In this document: positions 9,550-19,866 of the stretch, in pieces
Position numbering within the stretch: the first letter of the stretch is position 1
Layout: each line of letters opens with the position of its first letter
NCBI GenBank assembly: GCA_964390595.1
Contig: CAYMIA010000003.1
Span: forward strand, 17,727-81,726
Reading direction: 5' to 3'
DNA: 64,000 nt
Origin: an uncultured Gammaproteobacteria bacterium
GTDB lineage: Bacteria > Patescibacteriota > Microgenomatia > Daviesbacterales > UBA10151
Notes under the pieces: model-generated
The model's database searches: none
Seen by the model: the letters and a program-made list of their open reading frames with translations, nothing else
Told to the model about the DNA's origin: nothing
Translations under genes and position numbers: made by a program

Positions 9550-10254
9550 ATGATCTGGTTGTTGGTATTAGTTATTATTTTTCTAATCTCGTTTTTTCTG
9601 GCTTGGGCCTCTCTGCGGGACTTTCACGAGTTTCCCAAAAGCAGCCACGATTACGCTTCCTTCTGGATTCAAAATCCGCCCGCCTTAACCCCTGAATTGA
9701 TTGATAAAATACATGCCCTCAGTTTAGAAAAGGAGTATATCGTTTCATTTGAAAAAATATGGAGGAAAGATAGTGAAGCTTTGGTAATTTATGCCCCCCG
9801 GGCCCTAATTAATCAAATCCCACAACTGTCTCCAATTGAAATAGAGGAGTATCCAGCCAAAATTAATATCAACCAGACTCAAACATTGGAGTTAAGCCCC
9901 AAATCAAATCAAAGTTTAGAACTAAACCTACCTCAGCACTTGAGCGGGTTTCTAAAACTAGTGGCTGATGAAGGTTTTTTATGGCAGGTCACTGCCAGAC
10001 CCCATCAAGATAGCCAACACAGCTTTCAAGTCACCATCCGGACCGGGGTAGCAGCCAAAGAACCAAAGCGCCGCGTTGACATGATCAAAATACTGACCGA
10101 CAAATTATCTGAATACACCAGCCTAACTAAACACCAGAAAAAGAAAAGTTCGCTTGCGGTCTATGAATTATATAAAAAAAGAGGTTTCAAGCCCAAAGAA
10201 GTGGGCAAGTTTTTAGTCCCGTCCAACCTATTTTTAAGGCTGGTTTCAGTCTAG
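9550..10254 (+). CDS. Hypothetical N-terminally anchored protein
   Basis: Single N-terminal TM helix. No recognisable motif. Confidence 0.4.
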   Translation: MIWLLVLVIIFLISFFLAWASLRDFHEFPKSSHDYASFWIQNPPALTPELIDKIHALSLEKEYIVSFEKIWRKDSEALVIYAPRALINQIPQLSPIEIEEYPAKININQTQTLELSPKSNQSLELNLPQHLSGFLKLVADEGFLWQVTARPHQDSQHSFQVTIRTGVAAKEPKRRVDMIKILTDKLSEYTSLTKHQKKKSSLAVYELYKKRGFKPKEVGKFLVPSNLFLRLVSV

Positions 10255-10257
10255 TTC

Positions 10258-11025
10258 TTAAGTTGAAAAGCCTTCAAATTCCTCTACCTCTTCAACAATT
10301 TCATCAACCTCTTCCTGGCTAGTTGTTAAGTGGTCTGATGAATAGGTTAAGACCTTAGCATTATCCAAAAATGACGGTTGATTACGGAACTTCCTCGAGC
10401 GGAAAACCTCTCGGATCAGCAAAGTCACTCCATTTGATTTAATAGACTTCACAAAAGCGGAATACTTATTCCCACCCTTAATTAACTTAAGTAAGTGAAA
10501 CGCGGTATCGTCAGGCAAAATTCCCAAATAAGTCTCATCCATTCCCGTTACTGTAATACCCCGGCTTTTCGGAATTAAATTGACCATAATGCCAGAAGAT
10601 AAAGCTGACAGTTTTTGGGGCTCAGCGATCTTAATTAAACTGACAATTTTAGTTATTCCTGGCTCTTCCAAAAACATCGAAGGTAGTATCGCCAGCGTAT
10701 TATTATGATTGATTGTCCCAGTCATCTCTTTATCTGTTTTAAAGGCCGAAAGTTTTTTTAAACTTTTCTGTGCGATTATATTATATGGATCTAGTAAAAG
10801 TACATCCTGGTAAATTTTTCTGGCCTGCGAATACTTGCCAATTTCAAAAAGCGCCCGGGCGAGTCTGTTTAACGAAGCAGTGCTAGTGGGTTCCATCTCA
10901 ATAATCTGTTCGTTTAATTCTATAGCCTCACCCCAGTTGCTGTGCAGCGCTGCTTCTATGGCAAGCTGATGTAAATGAGGGTTGGCAGAAGATGAAGTTG
11001 AAGTAGTTTGAATAACTTCGTCCAT
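10258..11025 (-). CDS. TPR-repeat protein
   Basis: Repeated AxxLxxxGxYxxA helix-pair patterns, for example LARALFEIGKYSQARKIYQDVLLLDP. Confidence 0.5.
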   Translation of the reverse strand: MDEVIQTTSTSSSANPHLHQLAIEAALHSNWGEAIELNEQIIEMEPTSTASLNRLARALFEIGKYSQARKIYQDVLLLDPYNIIAQKSLKKLSAFKTDKEMTGTINHNNTLAILPSMFLEEPGITKIVSLIKIAEPQKLSALSSGIMVNLIPKSRGITVTGMDETYLGILPDDTAFHLLKLIKGGNKYSAFVKSIKSNGVTLLIREVFRSRKFRNQPSFLDNAKVLTYSSDHLTTSQEEVDEIVEEVEEFEGFST

Positions 11026-11121
11026 TAGTCAGCAAGTATATGCAAACCCGGGATTCTTGTCAACGCATCAAAGTACATCACTAATTGAAAAGCGTTAAAA
11101 GAACCAGTAAAATCAGTAACT

Positions 11122-11874
11122 ATGTCCGGACATTCGAAGTGGTCGACTATTAAGAGAGCTAAGGGGGTCAATGACGTTAAGAGAAGTCAGAATTTTACTA
11201 AAATGGCGAACGCTATTGCTATTGCCGCCCGTTTAGGTAATTCAGGTGATGCTGAAGCCAATCCCCGTTTGCGGATGGCGATCGAGGAGGCCCGGGCGAT
11301 TAATCTCCCCAAAGAAAATATTCAAAGAGCGGTTGACCGGGGTTTAGGACGGTTGCCAGGTCAAATGCTGGAGGAGGTTACCTATGAAGGGTTTGGCCCG
11401 GGCAAAGTGGCTTTTTTTATTGAGGTAGTCACAGATAATAAAAACCGGACCCTTCAAGAGATGCGCAATCTCTTCGAAAGAGCTGGCGGAGCTCTCGGGG
11501 CGTCAGGTAGCACCGCTTATTTGTTTGATAAAAAGGGAGAGATTAAGGTTTTAACGAGGAGTAGAGAAGTGGAAGATGAAATTTTAGAGTTAATAGATCT
11601 TGGTGCAGATGAAGTTGAGGACTTTTTGGAAAATGGTCAGACTAAATACCTAGTTTATACAGATCCCAACAAGCTAAACGAGGTGAGTAAAAATATTACT
11701 CAATCAGGCTTTACCGCTTTGTCAGCAACCATCTCCTACATCCCAAATCTGCCTGTTGAAATAACTGACAGTGAAACAGCAGAAAAAGTTTTGAACTTTG
11801 CGGAAAAATTAGAGGACCATGATGATGTCCAAAAAGTCTATGCCAACTTTGACATACCCGCTGAACTGGTATAA
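11122..11874 (+). CDS. yebC: YebC/PmpR-family transcriptional regulator
   Basis: MSGHSKWSTIKRAKG... is the canonical YebC N-terminus. Confidence 0.85.
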   Translation: MSGHSKWSTIKRAKGVNDVKRSQNFTKMANAIAIAARLGNSGDAEANPRLRMAIEEARAINLPKENIQRAVDRGLGRLPGQMLEEVTYEGFGPGKVAFFIEVVTDNKNRTLQEMRNLFERAGGALGASGSTAYLFDKKGEIKVLTRSREVEDEILELIDLGADEVEDFLENGQTKYLVYTDPNKLNEVSKNITQSGFTALSATISYIPNLPVEITDSETAEKVLNFAEKLEDHDDVQKVYANFDIPAELV

Positions 11875-11887
11875 TGTGATTTAACTC

Positions 11888-12436
11888 ATGATTATATTAG
11901 GTATAGACCCGGGGACTGCCACCACAGGTTATGGAATTATCCGAGTTCCTGATGATATTTTAGGCCGGGAATTCGACTACGGAATTGAACTGATCGATTA
12001 CGGCTATATCTCCACACCAAAAGATACCCTAATGGAAAAGCGCCTAGTCCAGCTTCATCATGAGATGGAGGATGTTATTACTAAACATCAGCCAGAAACC
12101 ATCGTTATTGAAATGTTATTTTTTGGTGCCAATACCCGAACTGCCATCTCAGTCGGACAGGCTAGGGGAGTGATCATGCTTTCAGCTGGTATTCACAATG
12201 TTCCTATCATTGAATACAGTGGATTAACAGTTAAATTAATGGTGGCAGGGGCGGGGAGGGCGGATAAAAAACAGGTCCATGAGGGAGTCAGAAGATTCCT
12301 CGGAAAAAATGGTGAAAAATCTATGGAGTTGTCCCGACCTATGGTAGGATTAAAGAGAAAGCAATCTTTCAACGACGATGCAGCCGATGCTGTCGCCATC
12401 GCCATCTGCCATGTCTTAAAAATGGCATCTAAATAA
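11888..12436 (+). CDS. ruvC: Holliday-junction resolvase RuvC
   Basis: MIILGIDPGTATTGYGII with catalytic Asp/Glu positions conserved. Confidence 0.85.
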   Translation: MIILGIDPGTATTGYGIIRVPDDILGREFDYGIELIDYGYISTPKDTLMEKRLVQLHHEMEDVITKHQPETIVIEMLFFGANTRTAISVGQARGVIMLSAGIHNVPIIEYSGLTVKLMVAGAGRADKKQVHEGVRRFLGKNGEKSMELSRPMVGLKRKQSFNDDAADAVAIAICHVLKMASK

Positions 12437-12446
12437 AAAAACATCT

Positions 12447-13229
12447 ATGAACTTAGGTCTTTCGAAGCGTCAAAAGATTATTATCGCCTCTATACTAATT
12501 ACTATAGGACTAATATCAACTCAAATGATCAATGTCTTTTTCCTTCGCAGCCGCTTCATTGTTGGGCTATCAATCATCTCATTTTTGTTTAGTATTTGGG
12601 CGCTTTGGGAGGGTATGACCAAGCTCAAAGCGGCAGTGCTGTTAATTCTACCCGTTATGTTTACCTTAGCAGTTGCCAGCTTCTATTTTTTACTGCCCAT
12701 CCGTTGGCTGACCCGGATTCCGGTCGCACTAGCCTTTGGCATCTCATTTTATTGTCTGCTGCTAGCTCAAAATGTATTTAACGTCGCAGCCACTAGAACC
12801 ATCCCATTATATCGGGCTGCATCAACAGTTTCCTTTTTGTTTACTTTAGTAACCTCGTTCTTTTTATATAATGTCGTTTTTGCTTTAAAACTACCTTTCT
12901 ATTGGAATGGGGTAGCAGTGTTTCTAATTAGCTTCCCGCTAGTTATGCAGATACTCTGGTCGATGGAGATGGAGAAATTAACTGCCCAAATCCTCACCCT
13001 CAGCATCCTGCTCTCGCTAGTAGTAGGAGAGAGTGCCCTGGCGCTATCCTTTTGGCCAGTCGCTCCAACCATCTGGTCACTAGCCTTGTCCACTGTTCTA
13101 TATATTATAGTAGGGGTAGTGACTCAGGTCATGAGGGAGCGTCTTAGTAAGCAGATCATCTGGGAATATTTTGGAATTGGACTGGGGGTATTGATCTTTT
13201 CTATTTTGAGCACCCAATGGACAGGCTAG
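12447..13229 (+). CDS. Polytopic membrane protein, unknown function
   Basis: Seven or more hydrophobic helices. No motif recognised. Confidence 0.45.
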   Translation: MNLGLSKRQKIIIASILITIGLISTQMINVFFLRSRFIVGLSIISFLFSIWALWEGMTKLKAAVLLILPVMFTLAVASFYFLLPIRWLTRIPVALAFGISFYCLLLAQNVFNVAATRTIPLYRAASTVSFLFTLVTSFFLYNVVFALKLPFYWNGVAVFLISFPLVMQILWSMEMEKLTAQILTLSILLSLVVGESALALSFWPVAPTIWSLALSTVLYIIVGVVTQVMRERLSKQIIWEYFGIGLGVLIFSILSTQWTG

Positions 13230-13467
13230 AGGACCGTGAAAAATTCCCGCAAAAACCGTGAAAAGGGTAGTGATATAGTTTGATACAGTCAATAGATTCA
13301 ATTGTGGAAAACTATAAGCCATTCTTCAATTATTCTTACAATTAGGCACAAAACGAAGCTAAATATACTCCCATCTATACTCAAAACACAGAGGAGAGGT
13401 AGCCTGATACTCCATCCGGTACCCTATACAGCAAAAACCCGAAAGTATTAGTCAAGATTACTATCGG

Positions 13468-13483
13468 TTTTCACGCGTGAAAA
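13468..13483. repeat. Perfect 16-bp palindrome TTTTCACGCGTGAAAA; related CGTGAAAA half-sites at 13234-13243 and 13256-13265
   Basis: Read directly from the sequence. Lies in a 964-bp ORF-free region. Confidence 0.6.
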
Positions 13484-14193
13484 AAGCCAGTTAACTCTCT
13501 GGGAGAAGGGAGCAGCAAATAAAGACATGCAGATAGCTACAAAGCAAGCGTGCATGTTTACGTCACTCTGAGGCTCAAGCCACTCTATTACGCTCCACTC
13601 AGACACAAGCCAAGGCTGGTTGATATATCATGTCGTACAATGTAGCTTATGCGACATCGCGAAGCTAGATTTTGAGGAGGAGTGGTCACGTCTATTAAGA
13701 TCTGCACCCAAGGCTGAAATTGATTCAAATTTTAAGTTTACATAATAGGTTCATTTTTGGTCCATTTCCTACTAGTTTTTTGAATGTAAATATTTGGTAA
13801 ATTCCAAAAGGTATCACATCGGGGTTAGACTGTTGCAGCGGCCTAATCTATAGATGACTAAATAGTCATCATCCCCCTCTAAAAACCGTTTTAGGGGCCA
13901 TTTTGGGCCTCGTGGCTAGCCAGCCTGCAACTAATAAACCTACTAATAAAACAGCCACTAAAAGTAGATTTTATCAATATTTTAAGCTATCAACCCGTTA
14001 AAATATCATCTGTGTTCTTAATAGTCACCAGATAACAAATTTGGTTTCCGTTTTAAAATTTTTCATTTTCCAATAAATTTTTCTCTATAATCCAATCTGC
14101 ATGAATTTTTACCGGAACAAAGTCTTAAGTATTTTCGTTGTCGCACAATATAAATTCGGCTTTATTCAGGAAATATTGTAATATAAAAACAGT

Positions 14194-15225
14194 ATGTCGT
14201 TTTTTTCTAGCTTAAGTAAACAGCAACTAATTGGTTTGCTTGTGATCTTAGGCTTGATTATTGGCATTGCTTTCGCCGTTTACTCAACTCAAAGACAGCA
14301 AACTATCCGCAGCCGGGCCGATCAAATCAAACCTGATCCACTGGCGCCTGAGTGTAATGATCTTGAACATCATCCCAAAAGAAGTATCCTTCAAAATGGC
14401 CAATTCGAAGGTGGTTTTACCGGTGGAGTACCAAATGGTTGGACTAAATTTATCTCAGGTAATGCTAGCGTCAATGAAGAAACTGGCTACAATCCATTTG
14501 GCCGAAACGTCCGGATTGAGGTCTCTGGAACTTCAGTTGGTGGGATTTATCAAACGGTTAGTGGTCTTCAACCTGGCCACTGGTACCATGCCTTTTATGG
14601 AGTTGCCCAGCGGGTCTCTGGTAATAGAGACGGCACTGGAGAGCGGGTTGATAACGCTTGGACTGCACTCAAGGAAGTTGGAGTTGACCTAAATGGTGGC
14701 ACAGATCCCAACGCCTCTGATGTAATTTGGGGAGACCGAAGTACTGGTGGCCAAGCTGATTATGATGCTAGACATTTCGCGGGCTGGAGGTTTTTAGGGG
14801 ATAGAAATAATCCCCTAGTTACCTTCTATGCTACTAATCCTGAAGTAACAATTTTTATTAAAGTCACAGGCTATCCCGATATCACTTGGTCAATGAACTG
14901 GATCGATGCCGCTTATCTAGTCCCTTCTTGCCAAAACGGTTCCTTTCCGCCTCCTGGGGGAAGTGCTACTCCAACCCCCTCGCCTATCACATCGGCCACC
15001 CCTGGGCCAAGTGACTCAAGTGAATCTTGTCCAATAACTAGCGCATCTATATCAGCTAGTTGTGCAGAATGTATTCTAGCCAGCAAGCCAGCGCTGCGAG
15101 CCTCTTATGATTTCTTTGACTTGCAAAGTTGCAGTGCATCGAAGATCATAAGTAATTGGTGTCAGGAATTTAACCCCACTACCTGTCAAACCTTAAAACA
15201 AAGCTGTGGGAGCAGCTGTCAATGA
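14194..15225 (+). CDS. Secreted/anchored protein: CBM4/9-like beta-sandwich + C-terminal Cys-rich module
   Basis: N-terminal hydrophobic anchor. NGQFEGGFTGGVPNGWTKF resembles the CBM_4_9 start. The C-terminal ~65 aa carry 8 Cys (CPITSASISASCAECILASKPALRASYDFFDLQSCSASKIISNWCQEFNPTTCQTLKQSCGSSCQ). Confidence 0.5.
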   Translation: MSFFSSLSKQQLIGLLVILGLIIGIAFAVYSTQRQQTIRSRADQIKPDPLAPECNDLEHHPKRSILQNGQFEGGFTGGVPNGWTKFISGNASVNEETGYNPFGRNVRIEVSGTSVGGIYQTVSGLQPGHWYHAFYGVAQRVSGNRDGTGERVDNAWTALKEVGVDLNGGTDPNASDVIWGDRSTGGQADYDARHFAGWRFLGDRNNPLVTFYATNPEVTIFIKVTGYPDITWSMNWIDAAYLVPSCQNGSFPPPGGSATPTPSPITSATPGPSDSSESCPITSASISASCAECILASKPALRASYDFFDLQSCSASKIISNWCQEFNPTTCQTLKQSCGSSCQ

Positions 15226-16706
15226 AACTTTTTAACCAATTCGAATTAACTAAAAAACAATTAATCAGTGCAATTATAATTCTAATCGCTCTGCTGGCAA
15301 TTCCTCTAGGAGTTTACCTGGCGTCTCATCCTCAAATATTTAAAGGCAAAGCCGCCGAACCAACTGATACAACTATCTTTCACCGCCCCGCCTTTGATAC
15401 TGGAGTTGGCATCCATTGGTCAGGTAGTACTGGCGATTATACTAGAGAAAATGCTCAAAATCTGGTCTGTCTGCTCAAAGATATGGGGATTAGTTGGATT
15501 AAAGTATTAGCCAGTGGCGCTAGCGCTGTGGAGTTTGCCGGGATCATGAGACGCAATGATATCGAACCAATTGTCCGGCTATATCGGGACAGACCTGTTC
15601 CCAATCCATTACCCGAATCTGATCTTAATGCAGTGGCAAGCTATGTAGCCCAGGGAGTTTCTTATTTTGAATCTACCAATGAACCTAATATCGATATCGA
15701 ATGGCAAGGTCAAATGCCATCAGATTGCAATACCGCAGTCTCACAAACTATGCAATCCTGGGTTCAAGATGCCGCCAATATCCAAAGGAAGGGTGGAATT
15801 CCTCTCTTCCCCGCTCTTGCACCTGGTGGAATTGCTTGTGATCATAACGACCTAAATTTTTTAAGAGCTTCTTTTGGGTGGTTGCAATCAAATAATTGCA
15901 CTCTGGCCGACGGAACAGAAAGTAATTGTTTAGCCTTATTTGACACTCCCCACAGCAATAATAAACCAGCTGTTATGTCAGTCCATAACTACGATTTAAA
16001 CCATGACAACAGTAAAAATGGTGATGGCTCAATCAATTTTTATACCCAGGACAGCAACGGCTTTCTGCAGTTCAGCTTTTATGACAATATTATCAGACAG
16101 TTTTTAGGCCGGAGTATTCCAATTTTAGCGACCGAAGATGGTACCAGAGTTGGGATAGATAATCAGGATAACCGATTCCCTACCACTGATGCTGCTTGGC
16201 ATCGGGATGTAACAGTGGGAATTGCCCAGTACCAAATGAATAATACCTCACCTTACTTTTTTAATACTGCTTTTTGGCTGGGTATTCCTAATCCAGATGG
16301 GTATTGGGGCGATCAAGCTTGGTTTAATAGAGACCTTTCCCCTATTTTGCCAGAAACCATCAATGGTTTAAAAAACTTATCTAAAAAAAGCCGCAATGGC
16401 TCAAGCCAACAAACTAGTTGTTTAGTTACCACTTCCCCATTGCCTACTCCTACCCCATCCTCTGCCGTCCCAACCGCCACTCCTATAATTTCCGATGCCA
16501 CCTGTAAAATAACTCAAGCCAGTACTATTTCTGCCGCTTGCGCTCAGTGCATTTTAAATCAACAAACTGGGTTGCGGGGGGCATATAATGCCTTTAGTTT
16601 AAGTAATTGCAGCAATCAAAAAATTATTACTCACTGGTGTACTGAGTTTAATCAAACCAGTTGCAGTCAACTTAAAACTTCAACCTGCCAAAGTGTCTGT
16701 CAGTAA
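15222..16706 (+). CDS. Secreted clan GH-A (GH5-like) glycoside hydrolase candidate + C-terminal Cys-rich module
   Basis: FESTNEPNI (NEP acid/base motif) and ILATEDG (candidate nucleophile) are ~150 aa apart. The C-terminal module is homologous to that of the preceding gene. Confidence 0.45.
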   Translation: MKLFNQFELTKKQLISAIIILIALLAIPLGVYLASHPQIFKGKAAEPTDTTIFHRPAFDTGVGIHWSGSTGDYTRENAQNLVCLLKDMGISWIKVLASGASAVEFAGIMRRNDIEPIVRLYRDRPVPNPLPESDLNAVASYVAQGVSYFESTNEPNIDIEWQGQMPSDCNTAVSQTMQSWVQDAANIQRKGGIPLFPALAPGGIACDHNDLNFLRASFGWLQSNNCTLADGTESNCLALFDTPHSNNKPAVMSVHNYDLNHDNSKNGDGSINFYTQDSNGFLQFSFYDNIIRQFLGRSIPILATEDGTRVGIDNQDNRFPTTDAAWHRDVTVGIAQYQMNNTSPYFFNTAFWLGIPNPDGYWGDQAWFNRDLSPILPETINGLKNLSKKSRNGSSQQTSCLVTTSPLPTPTPSSAVPTATPIISDATCKITQASTISAACAQCILNQQTGLRGAYNAFSLSNCSNQKIITHWCTEFNQTSCSQLKTSTCQSVCQ

Positions 16707-16769
16707 AACGCTGTTGACATTCCTGCCCAATTTAAGCCAAGATAGTAATAGCTAGGATTTTAGGCTTTT

Positions 16770-18524
16770 ATGCGTGATTTGATTAACTTTATAAAGCAAA
16801 GACGGAATCTATTTAATATTATCGTTCTGATTATCATTTTAATCGGTATTCCAGTGGGAATTTATGAGGTTGGATTGCAACAAAAACTAAAATCTGGAGC
16901 AGAGGGCGAACCAATCACCTTCTCTGGCCCCAATGAGGGTGATGTCTTTCAAGATCCAAATACCCATGTTTGGTATAGCAAATCCAAAACAATTACCTTT
17001 AATTTCTTCTCTAATTATGGCCTTCCAGCTGCCCCTTCAGCCTCAGCTTCTGCCTCATCTTCTGGTTCAGGAGTTTGTGGTAGATTTTTGCAACAATGTA
17101 ATGGGAACGGTACTCAATGGTGCACCAACGATACAGGAGGTCATGATACCACTGATCTAGTTTGTCCTACACTCAGCGAAGATGCCAGAGGTTGTTTTAA
17201 AACTGAAACTGGCTTAGAAAAAGGCTGCGCCTCAGCTGTTGCAGGAACCTGTACAGGAGATAGTGAATGTACTGATGATAAAGCTTGTCTGGGTAATACT
17301 TGCACTAGTCCCATTTGCAACACCTCTGTTGCGCTTGGGGTATGCCAGAACTTTAACTATGCAAATCACCAGTGCACAATAGTTAACAAATCCAATGGAA
17401 CAGCATGTCGAGTTCCAGGAGTCGATGATGTTGCCGGTACTTGCAACAGCAGTGGAACTTGTGTGGCATCAACAGCTGTCGAAAATACCCTGGCTTTGTG
17501 CAGCAATAATGTGGATGACGACGGTGATGGGAAAATTGATTTTGCTGACCCAGATTGTGTAGGAGTCATACCTGCCCCATCAACCACCTTGGAAGCAGAA
17601 TATATGACTCATCCAGATAGTAAAGCAGCAATTTATACTGATTCTATTGCCAGCAATGGTCATGGTTTAGCCTTTGCTAGTAATACTACTGCTAGCGGTA
17701 AAATTGCTGGACCTGGTGATCAAATGATAATTTTTGCTAAGGGTGAGCTCTGTCCTAACGATCCAAATGGTGCTCCTGATATGACTGTTAAAATTGATGG
17801 AACTGTTGTTGGAACAATGAAAGTTGCTGCAGCAACTAGTGGCGGTTTATATGGCGGTTATAACCCGACAATTCCAACACTAGATGGAAACCCGCATACA
17901 GTCGAAATTAGTTTTGTGAACGATCTATCTCAACCTGGCGTCTGTGATCGGAACTTACGGGTAGACAAAATTGTGCTGAACAGCCAAGCCCCTGGGACAG
18001 CCAGAATGAACGTTAACGTTCTTGCTAACCCAATTGTTGTACAACAGGCAGGCAGTACCGATGCACTTACAATTACCCCAACTGGCGGAGCAAATGGTTT
18101 TACGCTTAATAACTTCCCAATTCAAGTTAATGGAGCAAATTATCCAAAAATACATTGGGTTGAAACTGCAGCCATCTTTGCAGGTACCACCCCCGTTAAT
18201 GCCAAAATAACAGCTGCAGCGGATGTTCCAGTAGGCACTTATAGCGGAACAGCCATAGTATCCGAACAAATCAATACGAACTTTACCAAAACAGTATCAA
18301 TAACTGTCCAAGTAATAGCCCCTCCTCCTAATCCTACTTCAGCGAATTGCCCACCTTATCCAGTGGGTGATTTAAATCAAGACTGTCATATCAACGCAAC
18401 CGACGCTCAGATATTATTAAATGCTTGGGATAATCCGAGTGGGACTGGTAACATAGAAGATAGTTATCAAGACAACACTATTGATTCAGGCGACTTTGCA
18501 GTTTTGTATTCTCATAAAGAATAG
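16770..18524 (+). CDS. Secreted protein: MopE-like Cys-rich metal-binding repeats + CBM6/35-like domain + C-terminal dockerin-like module
   Basis: CSNNVDDDGDGKIDFADPDC is a MopE-type motif. LEAEYMT...GHGLAF...DRNLRVDKIVL is a CBM6-like pattern. GDLNQDCHINATDAQILLNAW fits the dockerin Ca-loop D-x-N-x-D-x-x-I-N-x-x-D. Confidence 0.5.
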   Translation: MRDLINFIKQRRNLFNIIVLIIILIGIPVGIYEVGLQQKLKSGAEGEPITFSGPNEGDVFQDPNTHVWYSKSKTITFNFFSNYGLPAAPSASASASSSGSGVCGRFLQQCNGNGTQWCTNDTGGHDTTDLVCPTLSEDARGCFKTETGLEKGCASAVAGTCTGDSECTDDKACLGNTCTSPICNTSVALGVCQNFNYANHQCTIVNKSNGTACRVPGVDDVAGTCNSSGTCVASTAVENTLALCSNNVDDDGDGKIDFADPDCVGVIPAPSTTLEAEYMTHPDSKAAIYTDSIASNGHGLAFASNTTASGKIAGPGDQMIIFAKGELCPNDPNGAPDMTVKIDGTVVGTMKVAAATSGGLYGGYNPTIPTLDGNPHTVEISFVNDLSQPGVCDRNLRVDKIVLNSQAPGTARMNVNVLANPIVVQQAGSTDALTITPTGGANGFTLNNFPIQVNGANYPKIHWVETAAIFAGTTPVNAKITAAADVPVGTYSGTAIVSEQINTNFTKTVSITVQVIAPPPNPTSANCPPYPVGDLNQDCHINATDAQILLNAWDNPSGTGNIEDSYQDNTIDSGDFAVLYSHKE

Positions 18525-18527
18525 ACT

Positions 18528-19844
18528 ATGAAAGATTTTTTAAATATTATCTTATTACATAAATTACAGGTTGGAATAGTTATATTTATCACTAGTGCGA
18601 TAATAATTGGTTTATATTTAGTTTCTCACCCAACTATATTCAAGCCAAAAGCCAGTGCAGGAGCTCTAAATTTAATTCTTCTTAAATCAGATAAAAACTG
18701 GGCTAAGGATGAAACTTTTGGAGTGGTTGTTGAATTATCCGGAGGGGTTAATGTGGTTAGTGTCAGTACTGGAATGAGATATGATCAGCGAGTCTTAGCT
18801 GTCCAAAGTATCGACTATTCTCCAAGCAATTCTTTGCTACCAACTCACCCAATAACTCAGGGAAAGGATCTCCTTACCATTACTACCGGCGGTAACAATG
18901 GTGGGATTATCAGATTAGCTGCAGTGGCTTTTGAAAACAGCCAATTTAAACCACCAATTGATATCTCAAATAGAACAATCGCTCTTGCTCAAATAAACTT
19001 CAAAGTTATCAGCAATAGCCGCAGTTTAATAAACGATACTGTCAATAACTTAATTAAAACTGACGTCTCGTTTGATGCCGTTGATTCTGTCACTAAGATT
19101 GGTTTCGCTGATGGGACAGTCAGTTCCTTAAATGGCAGTAGAACAGGTGTAAGTGTGCCCGTTATTCCATCTGCTCCAACAGCTTGCACCTTCTCAGTTG
19201 ATAAACCAACAGTTGGGCTAACTGAGGATCATCACTATATAGTTACTCCGACAAATGTCCCCGCGGGAGCAACACTCTGGTTTGGAGGAACAGGTTCATA
19301 TAATGGACCAGGAGCAATTACAGAAGTCCAATATGCCGGTCCTGTTGCATTTCCCCCAAGCACCTCTACATGGACATCAGAGGCGTTTAAAGGCAACCAA
19401 ATTGGTCCACCAGGAACATATACCAGATACGCTAAGATCAAATATTCTGGTGGAGAAACTCAATGTACTCCCACAGTTACTATAGTAGTTGTGGGCTCTA
19501 GCTGTACTCTGACTCTTAATGGAGCTAGTCCAACTGGCAGCAATCCTTTGAGTATCCCTCTTTCTGGAGGAACAACTACCTTTGCAGTCACCTCTAGTAA
19601 TTTGTCTGGAACAGGTCCTTTTACTCTGCATTTTGGCGGTACGGACAATGGTAGTAATTCTCCCCTTTCAGCCAGTGTTGGTAATATTGCTGCCTCAGGG
19701 ACATTTTCAACCCCGGCTTATCCAACCTCAGCGTACGGAGGTGGTACCGGTGGAACATTTAGTCGATACATAATTGTTGCCAACAATGGCAACACCAGCG
19801 CCCCAGTTTGTCAAACGAACACAGTTTATATGGGTATTCATTAG
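18528..19844 (+). CDS. Membrane-anchored cohesin-like protein with C-terminal Ig-like region
   Basis: N-terminal TM helix. ETFGVVVELSGG...GMRYDQRVLAV and GGIIRLAAVAF...IALAQINFKV match the cohesin consensus (..YDp.vLev.., G.la.i.FkV). Confidence 0.45.
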   Translation: MKDFLNIILLHKLQVGIVIFITSAIIIGLYLVSHPTIFKPKASAGALNLILLKSDKNWAKDETFGVVVELSGGVNVVSVSTGMRYDQRVLAVQSIDYSPSNSLLPTHPITQGKDLLTITTGGNNGGIIRLAAVAFENSQFKPPIDISNRTIALAQINFKVISNSRSLINDTVNNLIKTDVSFDAVDSVTKIGFADGTVSSLNGSRTGVSVPVIPSAPTACTFSVDKPTVGLTEDHHYIVTPTNVPAGATLWFGGTGSYNGPGAITEVQYAGPVAFPPSTSTWTSEAFKGNQIGPPGTYTRYAKIKYSGGETQCTPTVTIVVVGSSCTLTLNGASPTGSNPLSIPLSGGTTTFAVTSSNLSGTGPFTLHFGGTDNGSNSPLSASVGNIAASGTFSTPAYPTSAYGGGTGGTFSRYIIVANNGNTSAPVCQTNTVYMGIH

Positions 19845-19866
19845 TATTGAATGAAAGCTTGAAACT

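Noticed and set aside
13230-14193. tRNA, tmRNA, RNase P or SRP RNA in the long intergenic region
   Set aside because: No GTTCGAAT-type T-loop with matching acceptor stem, no GGAAGGAAGCAGCC SRP motif, no RNase P P4 motif, and no tag-peptide-like frame ending in ALAA. This was a manual scan only.
14261-14692. 143-aa ORF overlapping the 14194 gene in another frame, and similar 60-110-aa antisense or overlapping ORFs in the track (1196-1402, 3284-3487, 7265-7549, 17141-17323, 19235-19648, 29395-29652, 60815-61149 and others)
   Set aside because: They are embedded in longer ORFs with recognisable domains, and have low-complexity or hydrophobic nonsense translations. They are typical shadow ORFs.
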